Translations under genes and position numbers: made by a program
Part shown: positions 29,322 through 37,776 of the stretch, piece after piece
How the letters are laid out: each line of letters starts with the position of its first letter
How positions within the stretch are numbered: position 1 is the stretch's first letter
IMG/VR virus record: IMGVR_UViG_3300046504_000195
Span: 1-54,933 of that record
Length of the DNA stretch: 54,933 nucleotides
Origin: a virus
Taxonomy: Duplodnaviria; Caudoviricetes
Direction: 5' to 3' (one strand)
The notes under the pieces: generated by a model
What the model was told of the DNA's origin: nothing
What the model saw: the letters and a program-made list of their open reading frames with translations, nothing else
The model's database searches: none

Positions 29322-29728
29322 GAGAAATTAAACGAAGAAGAAACTGTAAAAATTGTGATAAAAAATTAATTAGAACCGACAACATTTATTGTAATATCGG
29401 ATGCTATCAGGAATATCAATTTAAAAACAAATATCTTCCATTATTTTATCTTGGAGAAATAAGAGAAAATAAAACATTAAGAAAAATACTTATATATCTC
29501 TATGGTAATAAATGTTCTGAGTGCCCTTGTGAGTCTATTTGGAATGGAAAGCCATTAGTTATGCAAGTAGATCATAAGGATGGCAATTCCGATAATAACA
29601 TGCCAGAAAATGTAAGATTGCTCTGTCCCAATTGTCACACTCAAACTCCAACGTTTTGTGCTGGTGACAATAAACAAACAAGAAGAAATAAATATCTTAG
29701 AAAATATAAAAATAGTATGCTCCTTTAG
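29318..29728 (+). CDS. HNH endonuclease
   Basis: MQVDHKDGNSDNNMPENVRLLCPNCH. Confidence 0.88.
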   Translation: MREIKRRRNCKNCDKKLIRTDNIYCNIGCYQEYQFKNKYLPLFYLGEIRENKTLRKILIYLYGNKCSECPCESIWNGKPLVMQVDHKDGNSDNNMPENVRLLCPNCHTQTPTFCAGDNKQTRRNKYLRKYKNSMLL

Positions 29729-29796
29729 TTCAGTTGGTTCAGAATATCTGCCTTACAAGCAGAGGGTCATTGGTTCGAATCCAATAGGGAGCACCA
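29719..29796 (+). tRNA. tRNA-Val(TAC)
   Basis: GCTCCTT/AGGGAGC-ACCA; loop CTTACAA. Confidence 0.93.
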
Positions 29797-29800
29797 AAAT

Positions 29801-29886
29801 GGGAAGATAGTGTAACTGGATAAACATCCCACTCCTACAAAGTGGAGACGAGAAGTATAATCAGGGTTCGAGTCCCTGTCATCCCA
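29801..29886 (+). tRNA. tRNA-Val(TAC), long variable region, C33
   Basis: Stem CCACT/AGTGG; loop CCTACAA; 16-nt extra region. Confidence 0.75.
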
Positions 29887-29889
29887 CAA

Positions 29890-29966
29890 TGGGTCGTAAG
29901 TTGTGTTGGTTAATTGCCAAATCGGTGTTATAACCGATAAAACGCCAATATCGGCTCTACGACCTA
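29890..29966 (+). ncRNA. Structured spacer RNA candidate
   Basis: TGGGTCGTA/TACGACCTA, GTGTTGG/CCAATAT, ATCGGT/ACCGAT. Confidence 0.4.
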
Positions 29967-29974
29967 TAATTTAA

Positions 29975-30056
29975 CCTCAAGTGGTGGAATTGGTAGACAC
30001 GTGCGTTTAAGAGGCGCATGCCGAAAGGTTTGCGAGTTCGATTCTCGCCTTGAGGA
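29975..30056 (+). tRNA. tRNA-Leu(AAG)
   Basis: CCTCAAG/CTTGAGG; stem TGCGT/GCGCA; loop TTAAGAG; long arm. Confidence 0.85.
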
Positions 30057-30061
30057 CAATT

Positions 30062-30145
30062 GCGGATGTGGCTAATAGAGAATGGCAGATCGTCCTGGCT
30101 TAGAACCAGGAAACCTTGTAGGTTCGAGTCCTATCATCCGCACCA
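30062..30145 (+). tRNA. tRNA-Leu(TAG), short variable arm, odd D arm
   Basis: GCGGATG/CATCCGC-ACCA; loop CTTAGAA. Confidence 0.8.
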
Positions 30146-30146
30146 T

Positions 30147-30221
30147 GTGGACATGCCGGAACTGGTATACGGGTTGGTCTCAGACACCAATTTTTTGTGG
30201 GTTCGACTCCCATTGTCCACA
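30147..30221 (+). tRNA. tRNA-Leu(CAG), short variable arm
   Basis: GTGGACA/TGTCCAC; loop CTCAGAC. Confidence 0.85.
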
Positions 30222-30262
30222 CAAAGGTGAATGTTGTTACTTTTTGCAGGAGTAGCACCACC

Positions 30263-30358
30263 TGTGCCGAATAACTTGTAGAGGGAGAAGTAGTACTTTC
30301 AAATACATCATGTATCTGCAACATCTGATGATGGTTGAGTTATTAAAAAGGCACACCA
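30263..30358 (+). ncRNA. Structured ncRNA candidate ending in CCA
   Basis: Nested stems TGTGCC/GGCACA-CCA, AATAACTT/GAGTTATT, TTGTAGA/TCTGCAA. Confidence 0.45.
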
Positions 30359-30359
30359 C

Positions 30360-30433
30360 GGGGTCGTGGCATAATTGGCTATTGCACCTGCCTTGCACGC
30401 AGGGGACTGAGGGTTCGAGTCCCTTCGACTCCA
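30360..30433 (+). tRNA. tRNA-Ala(TGC)
   Basis: GGGGTCG/CGACTCC with G3:U70; loop CTTGCAC. Confidence 0.93.
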
Positions 30434-30513
30434 CAAAAAATACTCCATATGGTTTGAAAGTCCATTCAAGGGTATCAGTTATAATATTCACTGACTGCTA
30501 TCTGGGAGAACAC

Positions 30514-30586
30514 GGGGCAGTGGTGACAAAGGCTAACACGGCAGACCTGCAATCTGTAGATGAGGGTTCGATTCCCTTCTGCTCCA
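30514..30586 (+). tRNA. tRNA-Ala(TGC), C33
   Basis: GGGGCAG/CTGCTCC with G3:U70; loop CCTGCAA. Confidence 0.9.
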
Positions 30587-30670
30587 CGAGAATTTGGTTT
30601 TGGTTATTTCCGTCAACCTTGCAATAAGAACGTCAAAAACTACGGTATAAATTCTTTCCAAATTCATCAT

Positions 30671-30744
30671 GGCACTGTACTCCAATCGGCAGAGGGGACA
30701 GACTTAAAACCTGTAAAGTGTGGGTTCGAATCCCACCAGTGCTA
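30671..30744 (+). tRNA. tRNA-Leu(TAA), short variable arm
   Basis: GGCACTG/CAGTGCT; loop CTTAAAA. Confidence 0.85.
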
Positions 30745-30752
30745 CAAAATAT

Positions 30753-30835
30753 ACGTCAGTGACCGAGTGGCTGAAGGTGATGGTCTCCAAAACCATTTGC
30801 GAAAGCACACGTGGGTTCGAATCCTACCTGGCGTG
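30753..30835 (+). tRNA. tRNA-Trp(CCA) with long variable arm
   Basis: ACGTCAG/CTGGCGT-G; loop CTCCAAA; arm TGCGAAAGCA. Confidence 0.85.
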
Positions 30836-30840
30836 CAAAA

Positions 30841-30972
30841 TGAAGTGATAGTAAAAATCGCAGGTATGTACTGCAGGTTGGCGTTCAGTCCAAATGAACT
30901 AAGTGTACAACGACCACTGAGGGCAGAAATGTTCCCAAGAGCAATATCAGTTAGCAGTACACTACCACTTCA
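30841..30972 (+). ncRNA. Multibranched structured ncRNA candidate
   Basis: TGAAGTG/CACTTCA, TGTACTGC/GCAGTACA, GTTCA/TGAAC, ACTGA/TCAGT, TGTTC/GAGCA. Confidence 0.5.
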
Positions 30973-31022
30973 GAAAGTTCCTAATATTTCCAAATTATTA
31001 CTAATTTAGGAATAATTAGTAA

Positions 31023-31280
31023 TTGTTAGTATTAACTTTAATAAGAAAGGAGTACATCTTCAAAATCAAATTCAGGTATCGCAGAACATTGTGGTGGAAA
31101 TTCGTACATTACAATTACTTCCACAAGAAACTCTTCAAAGAATATTATATTCAAAGGAGAAGAAAACCATTTAGTGACAGAGAAATCCAAAAATACGAAC
31201 TCTATAAGAAACTTGATGATTTGATTACATTAAGACGTGTTGATTGGTTACGAGAATTTATTTGGAGATTAGAACCATAA
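31023..31280 (+). CDS. Hypothetical basic protein
   Basis: ORF only; start uncertain. Confidence 0.4.
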   Translation: MLVLTLIRKEYIFKIKFRYRRTLWWKFVHYNYFHKKLFKEYYIQRRRKPFSDREIQKYELYKKLDDLITLRRVDWLREFIWRLEP

Positions 31281-31282
31281 AT

Positions 31283-31313
31283 TTGTAACATTTCCGGAAT
31301 TCATACGTATAAT
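31283..31313 (+). promoter_or_regulatory. ECF-like promoter
   Basis: TTGTAACATTT-N10-TACGTATAAT. Confidence 0.7.
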
Positions 31314-31338
31314 ATGTATTTATTGTAAATTTATAAAT

Positions 31339-31764
31339 ATGAAAAAGACATTTATTGTAATTATTATGTTGTTAATTTCTGCAATATCTTATTCGCAGAA
31401 ACCACATGAAAAGTATTATCAAAATATTGCTGCTGAACGCATGCATGGTCGAACTGAAGTTGTATTGGAAGATAGGTCTCGTGCAGATATTGTAACCGAT
31501 ACATTTGCGATTGAAGTTGAATTTGCTCATAAATGGGCAGAAAGCATTGGACAGTCAGAATTTTATTCATTAGAACTTCACAAGAAAGCAGGTATTGTAT
31601 TAATTACTGATGGAATGAAAGATGATAAATATGTTCAGAGATTAATGAAAGTTGCAACAAAACTTAAAATTACTGTTTGGGTAATATTTACCACTGACAA
31701 TAGTTGGGGAATTGTTGATAGCATTCCAAAAAAAGATGGAGAGCACATGAAATATATTTATTAA
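31339..31764 (+). CDS. Signal-peptide protein with PD-(D/E)XK-like motif
   Basis: MKKTFIVIIMLLISAISYSQ; RADIVTDTFAIEVEFAHKWAESIGQ. Confidence 0.6.
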   Translation: MKKTFIVIIMLLISAISYSQKPHEKYYQNIAAERMHGRTEVVLEDRSRADIVTDTFAIEVEFAHKWAESIGQSEFYSLELHKKAGIVLITDGMKDDKYVQRLMKVATKLKITVWVIFTTDNSWGIVDSIPKKDGEHMKYIY

Positions 31765-31805
31765 AACTTGTTAATCTCCCGATAAAAAGTTAATTTTGAT
31801 CCGTT

Positions 31806-32549
31806 ATGTATATCATTGCAAAGAAAAAAGATTATTATGATGGTGTTGCTGGTACAAGTGGCATCGACAAAACTATTGTTTATGAACGTGATACTATTGA
31901 AGTCGAAGACAAGGATGTGCCGGATTTTTTTCGGAAAACAACATTCTTTAATCATTTCAGGGGAAGAGAAGATAATCCCTTTTACAAATTAGGCAACTCT
32001 CATATGGATAATAAATATTGGGAAATATATCCATATCATTCATATTTTATTATTGGATTTTGTGGAAAACTCTATGTTGGCTTCAAACTCTATAGCATTG
32101 ATAAAAACACCAATGATTATAATAATGTTATCACAAGAATCACATATGATCGGGATTTAATGATAAAACTTTTTGAGAAAAAAACATATTGGGGACATTT
32201 TCAGGATAATCTTAATCACGTACTTCAATATGATGCAATGGATTGGTTTAGAAATATGAATACACCTTGTTTTGCATATGATCAAAGTTATGGTGGTATG
32301 AATCATATTGATTTGAAACATGGTAGAGAAAATTACGATTCAAAATTTATTATAAATCCATTACTAAAAGACTACGAATTTTATAAAGTATTTGACACAG
32401 TTCAGGCATTTCAGGAAATTCAGATGTTTATAGGTGGAGTACTTGGAAACAAAGAAAAGGAAATTGTAAATGTTGCAGATAAATATAAAATCGAACAACA
32501 CGGATTTGATAAGTGGAGTTTTAGAAAAATGCCGGAAGATAAAAAATGA
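31806..32549 (+). CDS. Hypothetical phage protein
   Basis: KDYYD..FCGKLY..AFQEI..HGFDK. Confidence 0.75.
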   Translation: MYIIAKKKDYYDGVAGTSGIDKTIVYERDTIEVEDKDVPDFFRKTTFFNHFRGREDNPFYKLGNSHMDNKYWEIYPYHSYFIIGFCGKLYVGFKLYSIDKNTNDYNNVITRITYDRDLMIKLFEKKTYWGHFQDNLNHVLQYDAMDWFRNMNTPCFAYDQSYGGMNHIDLKHGRENYDSKFIINPLLKDYEFYKVFDTVQAFQEIQMFIGGVLGNKEKEIVNVADKYKIEQHGFDKWSFRKMPEDKK

Positions 32550-32749
32550 AAAAGAAAAAATCTTTGGGTATAATGTCATTAATGTCAACAGGAAAATTGA
32601 CAATACCAACAAAAGAAGAATTGGAACGGGAATTTGGCAGACCATATAGACCAAATGATCCAATAATAATGGGTTCAATAGAGTTCATTGAAAAGTTTAA
32701 TAAGGCAATTGAAGAATACGATAAAACGCATGGAACAAAAACTACATAA
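32546..32749 (+). CDS. Hypothetical protein
   Basis: Start overlaps upstream stop. Confidence 0.55.
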   Translation: MKKKKSLGIMSLMSTGKLTIPTKEELEREFGRPYRPNDPIIMGSIEFIEKFNKAIEEYDKTHGTKTT

Positions 32750-32999
32750 AATACAAATACTTCCTGCTAAGTTCGTTGAAAAAAGACCTGATGGCAGATA
32801 TGTTGTGGGCATTTTAATTGCAGATGATCGTATTGACAACATGATATTTGATTCATTTTCACTTGAAGGTATGGTAAATCCAAAGTATTTACTGATAGGT
32901 ATAATGACAGGTGCAGGTTTTTCTCAGATAACATTTGTTGATGCAAATGATCTGGAAAAAACATTTAAAAAGAAATGGAAAGAATTAATTGATTATTGA
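32730..32999 (+). CDS. Hypothetical protein
   Basis: ORF from MEQKLH. Confidence 0.6.
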   Translation: MEQKLHKIQILPAKFVEKRPDGRYVVGILIADDRIDNMIFDSFSLEGMVNPKYLLIGIMTGAGFSQITFVDANDLEKTFKKKWKELIDY

Positions 33000-33000
33000 T

Positions 33001-33195
33001 ATGGAAGATTTTGACAAAGTAGTAGGAGAAATAATATCGCAATTAGCAAGTATTGAATATTGTGGTGATATGTCAGATATTGGAAATGAAATCGGAATTG
33101 CAATTGGTAATCAATTCGATAAAGATAATACAATTGAAGACTTTATAATGGGTCTGAGACACGGAGTATCTTTGGCAGATGGTACACATGGATAG
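33001..33195 (+). CDS. Hypothetical protein
   Basis: ORF from MEDFDK. Confidence 0.6.
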   Translation: MEDFDKVVGEIISQLASIEYCGDMSDIGNEIGIAIGNQFDKDNTIEDFIMGLRHGVSLADGTHG

Positions 33196-33209
33196 TTCTT
33201 TAAAATATT

Positions 33210-33561
33210 GGGGATGACTTGGTTTTGACAGCAGGATCGAGTAGTATTGTAAGCAAGTAGTAGTTGAATCAGACTACTTAAAAAAGGTTCAAAACAACAA
33301 ACGCAGAAGACATAATGTCTATTCCAACTTCTCTCACGAGAGGTAAAGCAGTTTTTGCAAGAAATACTGAACTTGCATTAGCAGCATAGGAAACAGCAAA
33401 AATCAGTAAAGAACCTTCCAACTTGAGGAAGTAATAATCAAGACGACTTGTAATTGTGTCGATGTACAATTAATATTTTGTTGGTTAAGAAAAACCAAAT
33501 AAACTTGTAGAAATCATATTAGTCACTTGACTGGACCGGGGTTCGACACCCCGCATCTCCA
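33210..33561 (+). ncRNA. ssrA: tmRNA; tag ORF 33303-33389 (AEDIMSIPTSLTRGKAVFARNTELALAA)
   Basis: GGGGATGA..TTGACAG 5' end; GGACCGGGGTTCGACACCCCGCATCTCCA 3' end; G3:U70; tag ends LALAA*. Confidence 0.93.
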
Positions 33562-33598
33562 CAAATTACTTAAATATTAAGTAGTTATTTGAAAATTT

Positions 33599-33684
33599 GG
33601 CAAAGTGGTGGAATTGGTAGACACGCAGGACTTAAAATCCTGTGGGCAGTGTTGCCTGTGTGGGTTCGACTCCCATCTTTGCTA
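33599..33684 (+). tRNA. tRNA-Leu(TAA), long arm
   Basis: GGCAAAG/CTTTGCT; loop CTTAAAA. Confidence 0.93.
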
Positions 33685-33728
33685 CAAAATTAAATGAAAT
33701 GAGATTTACTAATAAAATAAATGAAAAA

Positions 33729-34109
33729 ATGGCAACAAATCCAAAATTATTTGAAATTGCAGATACTTTAACTAAGTTGACAGTATTAGAAGCAAAACAA
33801 TTGATCGATATTCTCGAAAACGATTATGGAATCAAAGGAGCACAGAGCATCGTTCAGAAACCCGTGACAACTGAAGATAATATTGCCGTGGTTGAACAAA
33901 CTGAATTTAATGTGTATTTAAAGGAAATTGGTAATCAAAAATTACAGGTTATCAAAAAAGTAAAAGAAATACAGAATTTAGGACTTAAAGAAGCAAAAGA
34001 TTTGGTTGATTCTGCACCATGTTTATTGCGTGAAAAGGTTTCAAAAGCAGATGCAGAAATAATAAGAACTGAATTGCAGAATTTATTTGCTGTGGTTGAA
34101 ATAAAATAG
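33729..34109 (+). CDS. rplL: Ribosomal protein bL12 (L7/L12)
   Basis: LTVLEA..L, EQTEFNVYL, KLQVIKKVKE..NLGLKEAKDLVDSAP, VSKADAE, VEIK. Confidence 0.93.
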   Translation: MATNPKLFEIADTLTKLTVLEAKQLIDILENDYGIKGAQSIVQKPVTTEDNIAVVEQTEFNVYLKEIGNQKLQVIKKVKEIQNLGLKEAKDLVDSAPCLLREKVSKADAEIIRTELQNLFAVVEIK

Positions 34110-34257
34110 TAATTATGATAACAACTTATTATCAGTCAATACCAATAAACTATACGCCAATCATTGTGCCAATTGGTAGTCAATTCGATTTTCCAAATAT
34201 GGTTATGTGTAGTGGTGGCTTTTTAGTTTATTGCATGCCGTCAAAACCATTATTTCA

Positions 34258-34524
34258 ATGAAAAAACCAAATATTCCCATTGACATTCTATATGAAGAAT
34301 GTATTGTAGCAGTCAAGAAAGAAATCGCAAAGCAATATCATGCAGAGGCAAAAGAAATTATTCGATTGGCTTCAAGAGAAGATCGTCAAGAATTCTTAAA
34401 ATATTTCAGAGAAGATAAAGGCAATATTTGTTGTTTGGTCCTTGATAGAATAAAACGTGATTTGATAGCAAAGAAAAAATGGATAATGGAAAACATGGAT
34501 GATTTTGGTAAACCTTTGATATAA
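34258..34524 (+). CDS. Hypothetical protein
   Basis: ORF from MKKPN. Confidence 0.6.
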   Translation: MKKPNIPIDILYEECIVAVKKEIAKQYHAEAKEIIRLASREDRQEFLKYFREDKGNICCLVLDRIKRDLIAKKKWIMENMDDFGKPLI

Positions 34525-34715
34525 TGTTACCTTATGGAAAAAGTGCAAAAATGAGGTACAACTACACCGATTGTCATCCAAAAAGATTGAGTAAATTGTG
34601 GGGTGGAAAATGGGTAAATTGGTGGGAAGCAGAACTTGGTGGTATCGATAAGGGTGCTGAAAGGCAACGTATTAAAAGTGAGATAAAAAAAGAAATAAAT
34701 GGGATTACTATTTAG
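34524..34715 (+). CDS. Hypothetical protein
   Basis: Start overlaps upstream stop. Confidence 0.6.
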   Translation: MLPYGKSAKMRYNYTDCHPKRLSKLWGGKWVNWWEAELGGIDKGAERQRIKSEIKKEINGITI

Positions 34716-34899
34716 AAATTGGTTAGAAGAAGGTTATTATGAAGAAGACAGTTGGGGTGATTTAACACGAATTGAAGACTCTGCTGATATTCTTCGGGCA
34801 CAAAAAGAAGGTAAATTATACCAAAATGATGGTATGGCAACCACCAAAGTAGGTGAAGACGAAAAACTTGATTTAAGTCATGGCAAATACAAAGATTAA
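34699..34899 (+). CDS. Hypothetical protein
   Basis: ORF. Confidence 0.55.
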   Translation: MGLLFRNWLEEGYYEEDSWGDLTRIEDSADILRAQKEGKLYQNDGMATTKVGEDEKLDLSHGKYKD

Positions 34900-34983
34900 A
34901 AGGGAAAATGATTGTCATTGCGGAAAACCATTAAAAATTAATGATCCAAAGAGAAGAATTATTCGTAAAGTACCAAAGAAAAA

Positions 34984-35151
34984 ATGAAAAAACTTCCCAA
35001 AAAAGTAGATTTGCGGAAACATCTTAAAAATATTCCGGTTTACGACCAAAGTGAACTTGGTTCTTCTGTTGCATGTGCACTTGCTGTATCATTTGCACTT
35101 GAACATGCGAAGAAAAGTAACGTAAATTTTATTTATTACAACTCCAAGTGA
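34984..35151 (+). pseudogene. 55-aa fragment homologous to C1A peptidase N-terminus (catalytic Cys to Ser)
   Basis: LPKKVDLR..PVYDQSELGSSVACALA..FIYYN vs PPLVDL..PVYDQGDLGSCTANALA..FIYYN at 39463. Confidence 0.7.
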
Positions 35152-35223
35152 TGGAATTGGTAGTCAAGCATGCCTCAAAAGCATGTGCCGAAAGGCGTGT
35201 CGGTTCGAGTCCGACCTTGGAGA
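35142..35223 (+). tRNA. tRNA-Leu(CAA)
   Basis: CTCCAAG/CTTGGAG; loop CTCAAAA; long arm. Confidence 0.9.
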
Positions 35224-35228
35224 CAAAT

Positions 35229-35312
35229 GGCAAGGTTAATAGTACCAATGGGGTACAAACATAGCAAATGACTATGGAAAGAAAAAAGGTGGTTCGAATC
35301 CCGCCTTTGCCA
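35229..35312 (+). pseudogene. Aberrant tRNA-like element (loop CAAATGA)
   Basis: GGCAAGG/CTTTGCC acceptor and GGTTCGAATCC T loop, but A33 and irregular D/variable regions. Confidence 0.55.
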
Positions 35313-35335
35313 CAAATTAGGGAGTATTTATATGT

Positions 35336-35560
35336 ATGAATCATATAAGGATATTTGAGAAGTTAAATGAACAAAAAGGTAGAGCATTGGGTAAGAAAAT
35401 GGATGAAATTGATGAACTACTTAAACCACATACAATAATTTTGGAGAATGGTATGGAAGAAGTAACTATACCCGATGCTGAAACGGCTTTCAAATATGAA
35501 AAACTCATGAAAGAATTTCATGAAATTGTAGAAGAAATAAGACTTATAGATCAAAACTAA
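35336..35560 (+). CDS. Hypothetical protein
   Basis: ORF; late motif at 35324. Confidence 0.65.
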   Translation: MNHIRIFEKLNEQKGRALGKKMDEIDELLKPHTIILENGMEEVTIPDAETAFKYEKLMKEFHEIVEEIRLIDQN

Positions 35561-35615
35561 TGATTATGAAAAGAAATTGGGGATTCTTGTAACGCACTAA
35601 GGCGTATACGAGAAA

Positions 35616-35939
35616 ATGAAAAGCAAAACAATTAGTAAAACAACCACTAATCGTGGTGAATTTAATCGTGCCTACAAGTTTTATCTTGAACAATCAGGTA
35701 AACTTCGTTGTTCCTATTGTGGTTATCACCGTAATGAAAATTCTGATAAAAAATGGTATGGTGGATATGTTTACGATGACATGGAAAATTGTCGTGGTAA
35801 AAGAAAAGGAACAAATACCAGACATCCAAATTGGAAATTAGTTTCTAAAAAGCCAAAACAATGGATGAAAAAACCCATCAAATTTAATATAAGATATTAC
35901 GGTGGGTATCAACACATTTATATCGACATTATTTGGTAG
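35616..35939 (+). CDS. Hypothetical basic protein (CxxC)
   Basis: CSYCGYH..NWKLVSK..KQW. Confidence 0.65.
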   Translation: MKSKTISKTTTNRGEFNRAYKFYLEQSGKLRCSYCGYHRNENSDKKWYGGYVYDDMENCRGKRKGTNTRHPNWKLVSKKPKQWMKKPIKFNIRYYGGYQHIYIDIIW

Positions 35940-35951
35940 TGTCGATTTTAT

Positions 35952-36024
35952 ACCGCCATCTGTCCAATGGTTAAGACGGCTCTTTCATACGGAGTAGATC
36001 GTGGTTCGATTCCACGTGGCGGTA
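35952..36024 (+). tRNA. tRNA-Met or Ile2 (CAT)
   Basis: ACCGCCA/TGGCGGT; loop TTCATAC. Confidence 0.85.
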
Positions 36025-36025
36025 C

Positions 36026-36053
36026 AAAAAACCCATCGAATTCGATGGGTTTA
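36026..36053. terminator. Terminator between convergent units
   Basis: AAAAACCCATCGAATTCGATGGGTTT. Confidence 0.75.
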
Positions 36054-36068
36054 AATTTCCAACATATG

Positions 36069-36383
36069 TTATGCTGTAGGAGTTGTAGGCGGTGCTTTTT
36101 TAAACAATATTTGTATACCAAGTCCTTGAATAAGAACATAGTATAAAATCATCGCAATCAACCATACTTTCAAGACTAATGCAAGAACAACATCTTTATC
36201 TGCTTTAAGTTTCCAATATGCAAATAATATAACAAGAAAGTTTACTATTTCTTTCCAATTTTTCTTTATCCATGCAAGTTCCTGACCCAAGAACCAAGTC
36301 TTGAATTTTAACCATAATCCTTTTAACCAAGGTAACACAACTGCTTTCAGCCATGCTACGAATTTCTGCCATAAATTTTTCAT
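36069..36383 (-). CDS. Membrane protein (holin-like candidate)
   Basis: Amphipathic W/K N-terminus plus two TM helices; late motif at 36400. Confidence 0.6.
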   Translation of the reverse strand: MKNLWQKFVAWLKAVVLPWLKGLWLKFKTWFLGQELAWIKKNWKEIVNFLVILFAYWKLKADKDVVLALVLKVWLIAMILYYVLIQGLGIQILFKKAPPTTPTA

Positions 36384-36415
36384 TACTTTAATTTTTATAT
36401 ATAAATACTATTATT

Positions 36416-37261
36416 TTAACTTATTTCTATAGTTTCCCAATCACTTGGATTGCCAGGAAGTTCCACCTCACTTATCTGTGCAGGCACGCCCTTCTTCAAT
36501 TTTACACTTTTAATAATTTTATCATTAAGAAGTTGTTCAAGCAAATTATCAGATAATCTCGAATATGAAAAACCTCTTCTAAAACTTCTTAATATTCTTT
36601 TACCAATTAATTCGGGATTTTTTGATTCAATTGCAGTTATTTCAACATTTCTAACTAATCCACGATTAAGTGCTCTTTCATAATAAGTAAGAAGAAAATC
36701 AAAATCATTGTTATAAACATTTGGCGTTGTAACACTAAGAAAATATTCACCGTCAACATCATAAACTATAGCAATTAATGTCTTAGCATTTGCTTTTATT
36801 TCATCAGATACCTGAATTTCTTCATTATTTTTATGCGTTATATCATAACCGAGACCCATACCGTTAATTCTATAGGCTTCTTTGTCAAAACTCCAACCAT
36901 GACTACCATTTTGTCCAGTAACAATCTGTTTCACGTGGATCATTTCATGTGCTAAAGTATTTTTAAATTGGCGATAATTAGTCTTATAAAATACCGACAT
37001 ACCCAAGTTAACAACTTTCATTTCACCCGTAAATCTGTTACGTGCTGCAGTAACTACACCTAACCTTCTTTTACTATTATCCCATTTTAAAGGAACTATT
37101 GGTAATGTGCCGTCAAAAAGTTGTTGATTTAATTTATTATATTCAAATTGTAAATCAATATTTTGCCTTCCAACAATTTCATCATCAGTATGATCAACTG
37201 CCTCATTAAGAAATTTAGCAACTTCTTCTTGAATCAAAGATTTTAAATTTTTGCCAAGCAT
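36416..37261 (-). CDS. SprT-like zinc metalloprotease
   Basis: YNKLNQQLFDG.LP, TLAHEMIH, HGWSF. Confidence 0.82.
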   Translation of the reverse strand: MLGKNLKSLIQEEVAKFLNEAVDHTDDEIVGRQNIDLQFEYNKLNQQLFDGTLPIVPLKWDNSKRRLGVVTAARNRFTGEMKVVNLGMSVFYKTNYRQFKNTLAHEMIHVKQIVTGQNGSHGWSFDKEAYRINGMGLGYDITHKNNEEIQVSDEIKANAKTLIAIVYDVDGEYFLSVTTPNVYNNDFDFLLTYYERALNRGLVRNVEITAIESKNPELIGKRILRSFRRGFSYSRLSDNLLEQLLNDKIIKSVKLKKGVPAQISEVELPGNPSDWETIEIS

Positions 37262-37266
37262 ATGAT

Positions 37267-37713
37267 TTACATAAAAGTGAGTTTACATACATTATCTTTA
37301 AAGTCGAATTCCAAATCTTTTACATTTAATGGTTTACCTAATTCAAGAACTACATCATCCTGAACAATAAATTTCCATTGATTATCTTGAATATTTTTTT
37401 GTACTTGTTGTTTTAATTCGAATGAATGCTGATCATATAATTCTATGGTATAAGGACCTTCGACTTTTTGACCCTCTATAATAAATTTCTGAATGCCTTG
37501 ACTATTGGTCCAAAATGAAACCTGCCAGGTAACAACAATATTACTTTCTCGTACATCTACATCATACTCAGTTGAAAAACTACTATAATTATAAAAAAAT
37601 ACTTTTGGTACTTGTTGTATAAAATGAAAATCATCACCAGTTACAATACGTGATCTTTCACCCGCAAATTTTTGAACCTCTTCTTTAATAATGTCATTCA
37701 TTGAAATTTTCAT
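37267..37713 (-). CDS. Hypothetical protein
   Basis: N-terminal IIKEEV; late motif at 37730. Confidence 0.7.
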   Translation of the reverse strand: MKISMNDIIKEEVQKFAGERSRIVTGDDFHFIQQVPKVFFYNYSSFSTEYDVDVRESNIVVTWQVSFWTNSQGIQKFIIEGQKVEGPYTIELYDQHSFELKQQVQKNIQDNQWKFIVQDDVVLELGKPLNVKDLEFDFKDNVCKLTFM

Positions 37714-37776
37714 TAAGATGTTGATTTTTTATAAATACTTTGTAAACGTTTAAAATTTTAATATATTTGTACTTTA

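Noticed and set aside
29801-29886. Amber suppressor tRNA (CTA) and TAG recoding
   Set aside because: The CCACT/AGTGG stem centres TAC in a 7-nt loop. Genes are intact in code 11 and several end in TAG (for example at 8888 and 34109).
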